Shown: one piece after another, positions 29,663 through 38,761 of the stretch
How positions within the stretch are numbered: position 1 is the first letter of the stretch
Layout of the letters: every line of letters starts with the position of its first letter
The notes under the pieces: model-generated
Told to the model about the DNA's origin: nothing
The model's database searches: none
What the model saw: only the letters and a program-made list of their open reading frames with translations
Position numbers and translations under genes: made by a program
Origin: a virus
DNA: 64,000 bases
Strand: one strand, 5' to 3'
IMG/VR virus record: IMGVR_UViG_3300009152_000004
Location: 5,058-69,057 of that record

Positions 29663-30390
29663 CACATTGTCCTCGGCGGTCCGAATTTACCTTCATGGTC
29701 GTAATGCCCGACTTTCACGCTGCAGTCGATAGCACACCGATACCCATACTTCCGCGCATCAGCCCAGAAATATAAGTCCTGAGTGCCTACACCTGTCTCA
29801 TCCGCAACGGTCTTGAACCACGGACGGCGCAGGCGCTCGTCTTTGAACATTTTGAGCCGCCACAAGTTGAAGCCCATTCCCGTCCCGCAGCACTCCACAA
29901 GCCCCCCGTTCGGGTCCGGTGCTTGCGGCCGGAAGTTCAGGTTTGCGTCGCGTGGGTCACCCCAGATTTGGGGCATACCGCCTTCGCCCTTTGTCCAATA
30001 GAGCCCTCCGATACATGCAAACTCCGGGTGTTCTTCCATCCGTTTAATCAACCGAACGAGCCCATCTGAAGGTGGGCAATTGTCATGCTCTATCGTCAGC
30101 AGATACTCCCACTGACTTAGTTCGGGGTGGTTTATTATTTCTGCGATAGAGCTTGAGAATGCTTCCCCTACTTCAAAGCCTTCCGCCGCCATACGGTGCG
30201 CGGGCTGGTTGGGCGGAAAAATCAGCGACGTGTGGTTCAAATACACGCGTGTGGGGATCATGTCCCCAGCAGGGATCAACATGATTGTACGCTGTTTTTT
30301 CCATGAACCACCCTGAATGATACGGTTCGTGGATTTTTGCAGGTCTTGGTTATGCAAGCCCGTGTCGGCGTTTAGCAGTTGTGGTTTCAT
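29659..30390 (-). CDS. GT-A fold glycosyltransferase-like protein
   Basis: YLLTIEHD (DxD equivalent), GTGMGF.L, QDLYF, D.SVKVGH. Confidence 0.7.
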   Translation of the reverse strand: MKPQLLNADTGLHNQDLQKSTNRIIQGGSWKKQRTIMLIPAGDMIPTRVYLNHTSLIFPPNQPAHRMAAEGFEVGEAFSSSIAEIINHPELSQWEYLLTIEHDNCPPSDGLVRLIKRMEEHPEFACIGGLYWTKGEGGMPQIWGDPRDANLNFRPQAPDPNGGLVECCGTGMGFNLWRLKMFKDERLRRPWFKTVADETGVGTQDLYFWADARKYGYRCAIDCSVKVGHYDHEGKFGPPRTMW

Positions 30391-30393
30391 TTG

Positions 30394-32577
30394 TTAGGCT
30401 TCTTTGATGAATTGAACTATTGGAAACGCGTTGCCGCTGGAGTTTGCGCGTATGCTGCTAAAAGGGATCGCAGAGGTAGTGTAAATGGGCGCTGCGGATG
30501 TGATATTACCTTGCATGTAAAAAGGCATCTGCAAGGACGCGACTGTAGTAGCGCCATCAGGCGGCCCAAAGTTCGTTATGTTTGATCCGCCCAGTCCAAA
30601 CAAGGTGTTTACGTTAAGCCTTCCAACCATGTGGTTGGAAAAACTAGCTGCTTGTGTCGTTATAGATGTGCGATGCGCTAAAAACATCCAATACACCCCG
30701 GGGGTAAGCAGCGTTGATAGTGGCATGTCTAAAAACCTGTTACCACTAAAACGTGTATCTCCTAGTGAGGTAGCGGGCAGTATCACACTCGCGTTGCTGA
30801 TGGCTATGGAGGTACTAAAACTGGTTGTTACGCCACCCGCCCCGTGCATACTTTGAGAATAGTTGTAGGTGTACTGCGACCCGACAGCCCCCACAGTAAT
30901 CTGCATTTGCATCGCGTTTGTGTACTCAGTGGACAGCACTGAGTATAGAGATTGGCTACTCGCGCCTGTTCCTTTTGTCATCAACATCATAGCGAGAGTG
31001 TTAGATTTACCCACCGTAGCTGAGGTATTTGCCGACGTAGTCGCGGTCATTGTGGAAGCCACCCCCAAGCCCCCAAGCCCGCTGTTTAGAAATCTAACGA
31101 AGTCAACAGACACATAGTAGGGTACGGTGATTGGGAATATAGGCGCATTGCCCCCGGCTACACCTACGTTATTACTGGTGTTAATTAGAATCTGGGCATT
31201 TGCAAACTGACTAAGCGTTGCTGGCTGCACAACACTAGCCGTGATCGTTCCGTTTGTGTCCATACCAAACGACACGCCGTTGCTGTTTTCAAAATCCACA
31301 GTGCCCGTGCTTCGGCTATTTGTGCCAGCGGATATCATCACACCGCCTCCACCGCCCGGGGCCGCGACACTCACAGAAATACCGTTGCTGTTTATGGTTC
31401 CGCTTGCGTTTGTCCCTGCGAAAGCGGCGGTAGCTTGCACGAAGTCAGACCCACGATTAGACGCCATCGCCGTTGTCAGATATGCACCCGCAGACTGCAG
31501 CGCCGTGGTGATGTTGGACGCCAGCCCGAACGTGATGCTACTTCCTGCGGTGGAAGAACTAAGGCTTGAGCCCACGTTGAGGCTGATCTGGCCCGTGCTT
31601 CCGTTCAAGCTGTTGACGACTTGGTTGGATTGGGCGGCTGTGGTCAGCCCGTTGTGAGAGGCTGTCATTACTGAGCCACCAACAGCGTTCAGCCCGAATG
31701 TAATCCCGTTACCAGAATCAAAAAGAATGTTGCCAGCGGTCGTGGCTGTTCTGGTTCCAGCAGCAATACCTACCCCGGCTGCAGGAGCGTTAGCACTGAG
31801 CGACAGCCCGTTGCTAAACATGGTTCCTGAGATGTTCGTGCCGCCGATTGTCCCGCTGGAGTTACCCATTACCCACACCTGCGACTGTGACCCGCTCTGC
31901 ATCGCGGTGGTCAGATACGCACCGGGCGACTGCGCGGTTGTCAGAAACGCCGGAAAGTTGAGGCTCAACCCACTGCTATTTGCGGTAACGCTCACGCCGT
32001 TGGCGGTCAGGGCCGAGTTAAGCCCGATGGCGTCGTTGCTCGCCCGAGCCGTTGTCAGATACGCACCCGCAGACTGCAGGGCCGTGGTGATGTTGGATGC
32101 CAGCCCGAACGTGATCGCATTACCGACCCGCGACGACGACAGGCTTGAGCCCGTGTTGAAGCTGAACGTGCCGGTTGAGCCGTTGATGCTGTTTATGACT
32201 TGGTTCGACTGCGCAGCAGTGGTCAGAAACGCCGGGAAGTTCAAGCTCAATCCACTGCTGTTGGCGGTTACCGAAACACCGTTGGCTGTGAGCGCGGTGT
32301 TGGTGCCCATGAAATCGGACCCCCGATTAGACGCCATGGCGGTAGTAAGGTAATTACCAGCCGAAATCACCATTTTGCTGCCAGCGGTATCCGCCGACAA
32401 CGTGATGTTGTTACCACCAACAAACGTGATATCCATTCCGGATACCCGCGACGACCCAATGGTGTTACCCGAAAGTGCGAACGCCTGAGCGTGTGCGCTG
32501 TTCCAATCGCTGGGTCGAACTACACTGGTAGCGGTTCCATCAGCGACTGTCTGGGTATAGGCATGGAAAGTAGCCAT
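30394..32577 (-). CDS. Ser/Thr/Gly-rich tail fibre-like protein with internal repeats
   Basis: V.PSDWN..H N-terminus; repeated YLTTA, NGITFG, ANSSGLSLNFPAFLTTA blocks. Confidence 0.7.
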   Translation of the reverse strand: MATFHAYTQTVADGTATSVVRPSDWNSAHAQAFALSGNTIGSSRVSGMDITFVGGNNITLSADTAGSKMVISAGNYLTTAMASNRGSDFMGTNTALTANGVSVTANSSGLSLNFPAFLTTAAQSNQVINSINGSTGTFSFNTGSSLSSSRVGNAITFGLASNITTALQSAGAYLTTARASNDAIGLNSALTANGVSVTANSSGLSLNFPAFLTTAQSPGAYLTTAMQSGSQSQVWVMGNSSGTIGGTNISGTMFSNGLSLSANAPAAGVGIAAGTRTATTAGNILFDSGNGITFGLNAVGGSVMTASHNGLTTAAQSNQVVNSLNGSTGQISLNVGSSLSSSTAGSSITFGLASNITTALQSAGAYLTTAMASNRGSDFVQATAAFAGTNASGTINSNGISVSVAAPGGGGGVMISAGTNSRSTGTVDFENSNGVSFGMDTNGTITASVVQPATLSQFANAQILINTSNNVGVAGGNAPIFPITVPYYVSVDFVRFLNSGLGGLGVASTMTATTSANTSATVGKSNTLAMMLMTKGTGASSQSLYSVLSTEYTNAMQMQITVGAVGSQYTYNYSQSMHGAGGVTTSFSTSIAISNASVILPATSLGDTRFSGNRFLDMPLSTLLTPGVYWMFLAHRTSITTQAASFSNHMVGRLNVNTLFGLGGSNITNFGPPDGATTVASLQMPFYMQGNITSAAPIYTTSAIPFSSIRANSSGNAFPIVQFIKEA

Positions 32578-32580
32578 GAG

Positions 32581-33027
32581 TTACGCAACCCGAATAATGG
32601 CGTTCGTGGCATCTGCAGTTGGGAACTGAATAGTAAAATCACCCGCAGTGGAGGTTTTATCACCGCCAAAAGCCAGCACCGCAACCGCCTTATTGCTTTG
32701 GGTGCTGTTATAGATCAGCGCACCGTTTGCTGTAATAGTCGCTGCCGACCACGTTGTATCACTGAAATCCAGAAAGGCCGTAGTGCCTGATGAAGTGGGG
32801 GCAGTTGTGGTGAGAGTGTTACCCCCCGCGGAATACCCCACTCCAACCACTTCATTGGTGGCTGAATATGCGGTAGTCGAAGCGCTCAAAGTGGCCGAGG
32901 AGGTATATAGGGCGATTTTGAAAGTATCCGGGGTGGTCGCTGCACGAACAACCGTCGTGCCAAACGCGTGGACACCGTTAAGAATCTCCACCTTGAACGA
33001 CGTGCACATTGCTTGTGAAATAGCCAT
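32581..33027 (-). CDS. virion structural protein
   Basis: MAISQAMCTSFK..L..FKIALYTSSA...GALIYN...FGGDKTST pattern common in tailed phages. Confidence 0.75.
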   Translation of the reverse strand: MAISQAMCTSFKVEILNGVHAFGTTVVRAATTPDTFKIALYTSSATLSASTTAYSATNEVVGVGYSAGGNTLTTTAPTSSGTTAFLDFSDTTWSAATITANGALIYNSTQSNKAVAVLAFGGDKTSTAGDFTIQFPTADATNAIIRVA

Positions 33028-33317
33028 TACATACTCCTTATATGCGCTGCCATATCAGATTGTCCTTGCTGCGATAATTTCGCGCATATGGTGTCGCGTT
33101 CGGCTTCTTGGGCCCGGGTGAGATAGTGCACCAGAACAGACCGCAGCCTGTCCTTAAATGCTATAGCTTGCGCAGTAATAACGGGGTCGCTCCGGCCACC
33201 AATGTGGATAATCTTATCCAGCGCCAGTTCAGCTAACTCTTCTGGTGTAGACCCGCGATGCGACGTAGTGACCACTTTGCAATCACCTAACAGCGCCGCC
33301 ATTTGTCCGCTATGCAT
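33027..33317 (-). CDS. conserved hypothetical late protein
   Basis: VVTT..RG.TPEELAE motif; coupled to neighbours. Confidence 0.7.
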   Translation of the reverse strand: MHSGQMAALLGDCKVVTTSHRGSTPEELAELALDKIIHIGGRSDPVITAQAIAFKDRLRSVLVHYLTRAQEAERDTICAKLSQQGQSDMAAHIRSM

Positions 33318-33329
33318 CTGCTCTCCTTA

Positions 33330-34013
33330 TTAAGTAACCGCGACCCGCGCTTGACCGCTACGATAGGCATCCCGGCGGTTTTTACCATCTCCAAGCTGTT
33401 TAAGTGCGGCCAGCGACTCTTGGTATTTGGACTCATATGACGCGATGATATCTGCTTCGCCCTTCATGAACAGATACGCTTCTCGCAATGCGCCATAAAG
33501 GAGCACGCTCTCAAAATTATCCCCTAACCACGTATTCGTGGCCGTCACAATCGATTCCGGGTAGTAGTAGTAATGGAGTTCCGTCGCGTACGACAAATCC
33601 GGGGTTGGGCCGAGGATAAGCGTGGTGGCATCAAATTGTGCGTAATGCTGTGGCGTGCCGGTGTCGGTCGGTATGGGGTAGGATTCCCGAATGTAGTTAA
33701 CATCTTTGTCCAGCATGAACGAATACGCACCGGTCGATGGGTTGATTACCGCTATTGAGAACGTCGCCAGCCAGTCGGTCGGCAGTGTCAGGTATTTATT
33801 ACTTGCTGTGAGACTACCCGTGACATTCTTGCGGATCGCGGGGATTTGCACGGAGTTGTAAATACGTTCTTCCGCCAGTTCAATAAAGGTATTGATCTGC
33901 TCGGTGCTGGACATCGTTTCCGTGCCAGTACCCGCCGTATCCGTGAACACGGTATCCGGGAAGTCATTCTCTGTGTATCCTTTGATCGCGGTAAACAACT
34001 CAGTGTAGTTCAT
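33330..34013 (-). CDS. head-tail adaptor / tail tubular A-like protein
   Basis: MNYTEL..AI..Y.E, G.PQHYA, LGPTPD, LLYGAL motifs. Confidence 0.7.
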   Translation of the reverse strand: MNYTELFTAIKGYTENDFPDTVFTDTAGTGTETMSSTEQINTFIELAEERIYNSVQIPAIRKNVTGSLTASNKYLTLPTDWLATFSIAVINPSTGAYSFMLDKDVNYIRESYPIPTDTGTPQHYAQFDATTLILGPTPDLSYATELHYYYYPESIVTATNTWLGDNFESVLLYGALREAYLFMKGEADIIASYESKYQESLAALKQLGDGKNRRDAYRSGQARVAVT

Positions 34014-34023
34014 GGGCTACCTC

Positions 34024-34176
34024 TTAGGCCATCGGGCCGCGGGCCATTTTGCCTTTGGTCTGGGCCTTCCCACCACGCACTTTGATGCCAGACGTCTTCA
34101 TACCCGTCTGCGGGTACCCACCACCGCCAGCCCCCGGGGGGATCGGCACGGGCTTCGGCATTTTACCTGTCTTCAT
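34024..34176 (-). CDS. small basic late protein (50 aa)
   Basis: Translated by hand: MKTGKMPKPVP...KTSGIKVRGGKAQTKGKMARGPMA. Confidence 0.65.
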   Translation of the reverse strand: MKTGKMPKPVPIPPGAGGGGYPQTGMKTSGIKVRGGKAQTKGKMARGPMA

Positions 34177-34337
34177 TATTTGCTCCGTTGGTTGGACGCA
34201 CGGGCCAGATTACGGCCTACTTTACGCATTTCACCAGTGGTAACCCCACCCTTCTTCATCCCTTTGGCAGCGGCGTCCGGATGGGCACCCTTACCCTTCA
34301 TCATGTGCGCTTTCAGCGCCGATTTCATGTTCGCCAT
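34176..34337 (-). CDS. small basic late protein (53 aa) with MKKGG motif
   Basis: Translated by hand: MANMKSALKAHMM...GMKKGGVTTGEMRKVGRNLARASNQRSK; GGAG RBS. Confidence 0.65.
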   Translation of the reverse strand: MANMKSALKAHMMKGKGAHPDAAAKGMKKGGVTTGEMRKVGRNLARASNQRSK

Positions 34338-34347
34338 TTTACCACTC

Positions 34348-34725
34348 CTATGTAGTAGATACAGTCACATCACCAACACCACCAACCGCCACAAGCGCAT
34401 TCGGGGTCAGTCCGTTATCATCCGACCGGGCACCGCCCACCGGGTTCCAGCCCCACTCAATTACCCTGCTGCCACCGGCACCGTTGTTGCCGTCCTCATA
34501 GTAACTCAAATCGGGCCGAGGATTGCGTATCGCCCATGCATCTTCGACAGGATACATACCTAACTGCAACTGTGGATGATCGGGGTTCCAACACTCACTA
34601 CAGGCCAGAATATTGATGTTTTTGGTCTTGATTACAAGACCCTTCAATTCGGTCAACTTGTACCGGAACCCGCAGATATCACATTCTGCGATAGCATTCT
34701 TGCCTGAGGCAAATTTGCTGCTCAC
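34348..34725 (-). CDS. conserved late protein with Zn-ribbon-like CxxC pairs
   Basis: FASGKNAIAECDICGF...C.ECW.PDHPQ...PRPD. Confidence 0.75.
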   Translation of the reverse strand: MSSKFASGKNAIAECDICGFRYKLTELKGLVIKTKNINILACSECWNPDHPQLQLGMYPVEDAWAIRNPRPDLSYYEDGNNGAGGSRVIEWGWNPVGGARSDDNGLTPNALVAVGGVGDVTVSTT

Positions 34726-35300
34726 GCTATCACCTCAAACCGATTACCCTTCCTCACGTTCTCAACCGCCGGGATAACCCGCAAATTGGTGGGCACATGC
34801 AGCCCTGACACCAACCGCCCTTGCAGTGGGATTATATGGTCTACATGCCACTTCACGCCAGTCATCTTCGACCGCAACGCAGCCAACTCATAGGCTTCCC
34901 GCATCAGCCAGTGCTCTTCAGAACCGATCCATTTCGGGGTGCGCTTGAGTTTAGATGCGTGGCGGCGTCTACATAAAGCCGCAACCACGGTCTTATTGCT
35001 CACCCGCCATTTACGAGAATACGCGTTATCTTTTTCTCTATTGCGGGAAGCCCACACCTTGCGCGACTCTCTTGCTTTATCTTTGTGGTTTTTCCGGTAG
35101 TTCTTAGCCCGTTCTGCTGCTTTTTCCAAATAATCTTTTCTGTTGTTTTGCGCGTATTGTTTTAATTTAAAATTGGCGCAAGTAACACATGAACGACTAC
35201 TCACGAGCCGTTCAGCAATATGGCCGTTTTTGCACGGGTAACCTGTGAAATACCGGGTTTGCCCCGCAGCTTTCGCGGCCTGTAACGTGATGATCTTCAT
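34722..35300 (-). CDS. HNH homing endonuclease
   Basis: YFTG.PCK.GH..ER N-terminus; TPKW, WHVDHIIP...VSGLHVPTNL...EN..KGN. Confidence 0.87.
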   Translation of the reverse strand: MKIITLQAAKAAGQTRYFTGYPCKNGHIAERLVSSRSCVTCANFKLKQYAQNNRKDYLEKAAERAKNYRKNHKDKARESRKVWASRNREKDNAYSRKWRVSNKTVVAALCRRRHASKLKRTPKWIGSEEHWLMREAYELAALRSKMTGVKWHVDHIIPLQGRLVSGLHVPTNLRVIPAVENVRKGNRFEVIA

Positions 35301-36019
35301 GTAATAAACATTTGGCGCGGCACGAATCTAATCGCGGCTTTTTCCCTGTCTTCATCAGAAGCTAATTGAAATTGGGCCTCGTAGTCCGCCTTCAACTCCA
35401 TACGGCGCTGCGGGTCCACTGACGGCAGCTTCATCGACAGGTAGTAGGCCAGCCCCGCCACCATGGGGGGCAAGAACCGAAACGGTATGTCCTGACCATT
35501 CAGACCATTACCCGCGTCCTGCACGCGCCGCAAACGCCAATAGACGAAGGTGTAGGTCTGGGCGGTATCGGGGGCGGGCCATACGGTGATCTGCGGGTAC
35601 TGCACCACACTGGCGGAACTGGTGGCACCTGACTTGCGCTGCACCCAGACTTGAATCGGACGCCCGGTGGCGTTCTTGTTGGGGATCGACGCATAGGTGC
35701 TGACTGAGATGCGGGAGATGGTGATGTCTGCTTGGTTGGTACTGGTGCCGGTGCGGACTACGTGGTCCAACAGGTCAATGGTGTCAACTGGCAGATCGTA
35801 GGACAGAGTGCCCGCCACAAGTGGAATAGACCCCTGCTCAATAGTCCACAGGTTGATCCCCCGGTTCGCCCACTCAATTGTCATTAGATTCAACGACCTA
35901 CGGGCTGTTCGCAGGTCGTAACCCGACCGAAGTTCTGCGCCGCATCGCTCAAACGACTCCTCGACCAGCGAGTTCAGGTCTAGGTTAAAATCTGTGGTGT
36001 TGGTGGTTTTGGCTACCAT
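35297..36019 (-). CDS. head-tail connector / tail tubular protein
   Basis: E.FERCG..RSGYDL.TARRSLN...WANRG.NLW motif. Confidence 0.65.
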   Translation of the reverse strand: MVAKTTNTTDFNLDLNSLVEESFERCGAELRSGYDLRTARRSLNLMTIEWANRGINLWTIEQGSIPLVAGTLSYDLPVDTIDLLDHVVRTGTSTNQADITISRISVSTYASIPNKNATGRPIQVWVQRKSGATSSASVVQYPQITVWPAPDTAQTYTFVYWRLRRVQDAGNGLNGQDIPFRFLPPMVAGLAYYLSMKLPSVDPQRRMELKADYEAQFQLASDEDREKAAIRFVPRQMFIT

Positions 36020-36020
36020 G

Positions 36021-36434
36021 CTATGCTCCGTATATCCTCAAGTAATCCAATGCCCGCTTCACTAGCACGCTGCTATCTTTCAGCATCCCCAAACCACTGT
36101 TGCATTGACTGCATAGCAACCCGCGTATTTTACCTGAATTGTGGCAATGGTCTACATACAGCACACGCCCGGTTGCCAGACAAATCCTACATCTCCCGTC
36201 CTGCGCGTTCTTCATAGCTTCATACTCGTCGACTGTGATTCCGTACCGGTCCTTGAAGTTCTTGTTCTTCACCCGTCGTGGGTTGGCCTTCCTGTACGCG
36301 GCCAGATGCGCACGGTCACACAGTTTACAACGACTCATCAACTTGCCTTTTGCTCGATCCTTGTAGTGATATTCAGAACGCGGTTTTTCTTCATCGCACC
36401 GGCTGCATGTCTTACTAGGTTCGGAGGTTGGCAA
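36021..36434 (-). CDS. endonuclease VII-family homing endonuclease
   Basis: YGIT..EY....Q..RCxIC, VDHCHNSGKIRGLLC..CN.GLG..KD; probable TTG start at 36434. Confidence 0.85.
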   Translation of the reverse strand: MPTSEPSKTCSRCDEEKPRSEYHYKDRAKGKLMSRCKLCDRAHLAAYRKANPRRVKNKNFKDRYGITVDEYEAMKNAQDGRCRICLATGRVLYVDHCHNSGKIRGLLCSQCNSGLGMLKDSSVLVKRALDYLRIYGA

Positions 36435-36435
36435 T

Positions 36436-36852
36436 TTAGATGATCTTGCCTTTGGTCTTCCCACGCGACTCAATACCACCGCCGCGAGCCATTTTAACGA
36501 TGGTGCCTTTGGTCTTACCCCGGGACTCGATACCGCCGCCTTTGGCATACGTAGCAGTGTCACCCATTTCTTTTTGCTGCTTACCGATTTCCGATTTGCT
36601 TTTCATGAGGCCACCTTCTTTTTTACCCGCATACTCGCGGAGACTGGTATATGGCATGTCAACCTTCCCATGCGCTGTGTTTGGCTTATTTACCTTTGCC
36701 TTGGTGCCGCCCTTCCAAAAACGCTGTTGCTTCCGATCCGCCTTCTCAAAATCCTCACCTACCTTACGGTCGACCCCAACCTTCTCTGCGAACGCCGGGT
36801 TGTTCGCCACTGCGCTGAAAAATTTATGCTGCCGTTTTGATATCGATGGCAT
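36436..36852 (-). CDS. basic late protein with tandem GG-RGKTKG repeats
   Basis: MPSISKRQH.F..AVANNP; YAKGGGIESRGKTKG and MARGGGIESRGKTKG. Confidence 0.7.
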   Translation of the reverse strand: MPSISKRQHKFFSAVANNPAFAEKVGVDRKVGEDFEKADRKQQRFWKGGTKAKVNKPNTAHGKVDMPYTSLREYAGKKEGGLMKSKSEIGKQQKEMGDTATYAKGGGIESRGKTKGTIVKMARGGGIESRGKTKGKII

Positions 36853-37321
36853 TTTTGCGCCTTTTGTGTTCTTTCCGCCAGTTGCAATTTTTACAAAGCA
36901 CTTGATACACGCTTTTATCATAATTACTTCTACGCACCAAAAAGACCACGTTTTTACACCCCGTGGCTTTTCTTTCCGCTGCGCCGTTATTATTTATATG
37001 ATCTATATCAAGCACCACTAAATCATCTTCCCCACAAGCCGCGCATCGACCACCTAGCGCAAGTATAGTCTCTACTCGCTTAGAACGTCGCCATTCAGAA
37101 GCCACTGCATCTGCTTTTTCTTTGTTTTTTATGTAGTACGCCCGCATATACGCTGCTTTTTCTTCTGTGGTTTGTTTGGGTTTATTTGCGTAATAAAACT
37201 TGCTACCGCAAGGTCGGCACCGGGGGTTCAAATGCCTATCTCGGGCGACATCGTACTTCGAAAAGTGCTTATCCACACCACAATCGCAGCACTGGGTCGT
37301 GAGCACTATTTGCCGTGACAT
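36824..37321 (-). CDS. HNH-type endonuclease
   Basis: LGGRCAACG, LDIDHINNNG, YQVLCKNCN. Confidence 0.8.
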   Translation of the reverse strand: MSRQIVLTTQCCDCGVDKHFSKYDVARDRHLNPRCRPCGSKFYYANKPKQTTEEKAAYMRAYYIKNKEKADAVASEWRRSKRVETILALGGRCAACGEDDLVVLDIDHINNNGAAERKATGCKNVVFLVRRSNYDKSVYQVLCKNCNWRKEHKRRKNAIDIKTAA

Positions 37322-37674
37322 TAGATCATCCGCCCTTTGGTTTTACCTCGCTGTGCGCATCCATCGATTGAGCCACCCTTCTTGAACCCCATAACGTCTT
37401 TGGCGCGTTTGCGCATGGTTTCACCGAAGGTTGCTTTCTTCTTCGACGGTTCGCCAAACCCAGACATCATTCCACGGCGCTGCTCTTTACGGTCATAACT
37501 GCCGTCGTCGCGTTTGGCTTTCGATTTGGCGCTGGGGGTGGCACTGGATGCGCGGGGGCGGCGTTCGGCGTCGGAGAGTTCTTCGCCCTTGGAGTTGTAG
37601 ACCTTTTGTGATTCGGAGTCCGAGTCTTTGTCGAAGTCCACTTCACCGCCATCATCATAGCATTTCTTTTTCAT
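37321..37674 (-). CDS. disordered late protein with C-terminal KKGGSIDGCAxRGKTKGRMI
   Basis: ORF track; motif shared with its neighbour. Confidence 0.7.
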   Translation of the reverse strand: MKKKCYDDGGEVDFDKDSDSESQKVYNSKGEELSDAERRPRASSATPSAKSKAKRDDGSYDRKEQRRGMMSGFGEPSKKKATFGETMRKRAKDVMGFKKGGSIDGCAQRGKTKGRMI

Positions 37675-37901
37675 ATCATCCGTCCTTTCGTTTTGCCGCG
37701 CACCGCGCAGCCGTCAATGGAACCGCCTTTTTTATAACCCTGCTTCATGGCCTTCTCTTCCTTCTTGCGGGTCTGGGCGTCGCGGTATTCTTGGGTCTCG
37801 TTGCTTTCTTTCACGCCATCAACGGCGGAATCCACCGCAGCATCGATCTTTTTCCCACGGTTGCGGAACCGCTCAAGAAACCCGGGTTTACTTTCGGCCA
37901 T
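37671..37901 (-). CDS. late protein with C-terminal KKGGSIDGCAxRGKTKGRMI
   Basis: GAGGAG RBS before MAESKPG. Confidence 0.7.
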   Translation of the reverse strand: MAESKPGFLERFRNRGKKIDAAVDSAVDGVKESNETQEYRDAQTRKKEEKAMKQGYKKGGSIDGCAVRGKTKGRMI

Positions 37902-38088
37902 GTTTGAACTCCTCAATAATCTGATTGATCGTCTTACCAGTGATCATTTCCACAATGCGCAGTATAGTCCAGATCAGGCTGAAAAGGGCGGCGATGGCCG
38001 GGAGCGCATTGAAAAAGGCCCCAACCGCTGTAACGACGGATGCCAGATCAATCATCGTTTTTGTGTGCTCTGGTAGATGCTCCGTCAT
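37888..38088 (-). CDS. small membrane protein (holin-like)
   Basis: Hydrophobic LPAIAALFSLIWTILRI segment. Confidence 0.55.
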   Translation of the reverse strand: MTEHLPEHTKTMIDLASVVTAVGAFFNALPAIAALFSLIWTILRIVEMITGKTINQIIEEFKHGRK

Positions 38089-38120
38089 TTTCGATCCTTT
38101 CCCTGTGTGGTTGTTTACCA

Positions 38121-38525
38121 TCATTTTTGAGCCGCGTATTCTCCCCATTTTGGGTCGTCCGTGCTCGCATAAATATATTGTGACGCAAACTCCAGCAGCA
38201 TGGGATCGTCCCTGAAATGCCCTAGGCCGCGATTACAGTGGTTGCACAACATGCCCCTTATTTGTCCGGTGGTGTGGCAATGGTCTACAACAAGTGGTTC
38301 TTCCGCCCCGCAAATCACACACTCCTTGACCGAGGCTTTTAAATCCGCCAAGTCCGAGTCACTGATAACTGACCGAAATTTCCCCCGATTTATACCGTTC
38401 CGGTAGCTTGCTCGGCACGTACGGCACCAGCTATCAAAACCATTTCGCTTTTTGTTGTGCAATGGGAAATACACCGCAGTGGCTGGTTTTTCATACTCGC
38501 ACTTCGTGCATTTCAACATTTCCAT
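38121..38525 (-). CDS. endonuclease VII-family homing endonuclease
   Basis: CVICG..LVVDHCHTTGQIRGMLCNHCNRGLGHFRDD. Confidence 0.87.
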   Translation of the reverse strand: MEMLKCTKCEYEKPATAVYFPLHNKKRNGFDSWCRTCRASYRNGINRGKFRSVISDSDLADLKASVKECVICGAEEPLVVDHCHTTGQIRGMLCNHCNRGLGHFRDDPMLLEFASQYIYASTDDPKWGEYAAQK

Positions 38526-38761
38526 GCTTTCCTCGCCAAACGAAGTCTACTTTTTGGGTCTTTCGCGGCCTTCGGCCACATCTTCATCTGCCCCGCGCTC
38601 CTTGCACAGAAACTGTCTTTGCGCGAGCCGCCTTCCGGCTGTGGGGCCTTCAACCCGGGCTTTCCGGGATTCGCCTTGTTGTACGACGCCCGCCCTTTGG
38701 CGTTCAAACCACCGTTGGGGTTCTTGCCCTCTTTGCGTTGCCATGCGGGTGATTTTGCCAT
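38513..38761 (-). CDS. conserved basic phage protein (DUF6321-like)
   Basis: MAKSPAWQRKEGKNP.GGLNAKGRASY...SFCAR...WKC. Confidence 0.7.
   Translation of the reverse strand: MAKSPAWQRKEGKNPNGGLNAKGRASYNKANPGKPGLKAPQPEGGSRKDSFCARSAGQMKMWPKAAKDPKSRLRLARKAWKC

Noticed and set aside
30394-32577. Duplicated fibre segments as DGR template/variable repeats
   Set aside because: No reverse transcriptase in the window; both copies are in-frame coding and differ mainly at synonymous positions rather than at adenines
21816-38525. HNH/EndoVII genes as group I intron ORFs
   Set aside because: Flanking genes appear intact and abut or overlap the nuclease ORFs, leaving no room for intron core structure
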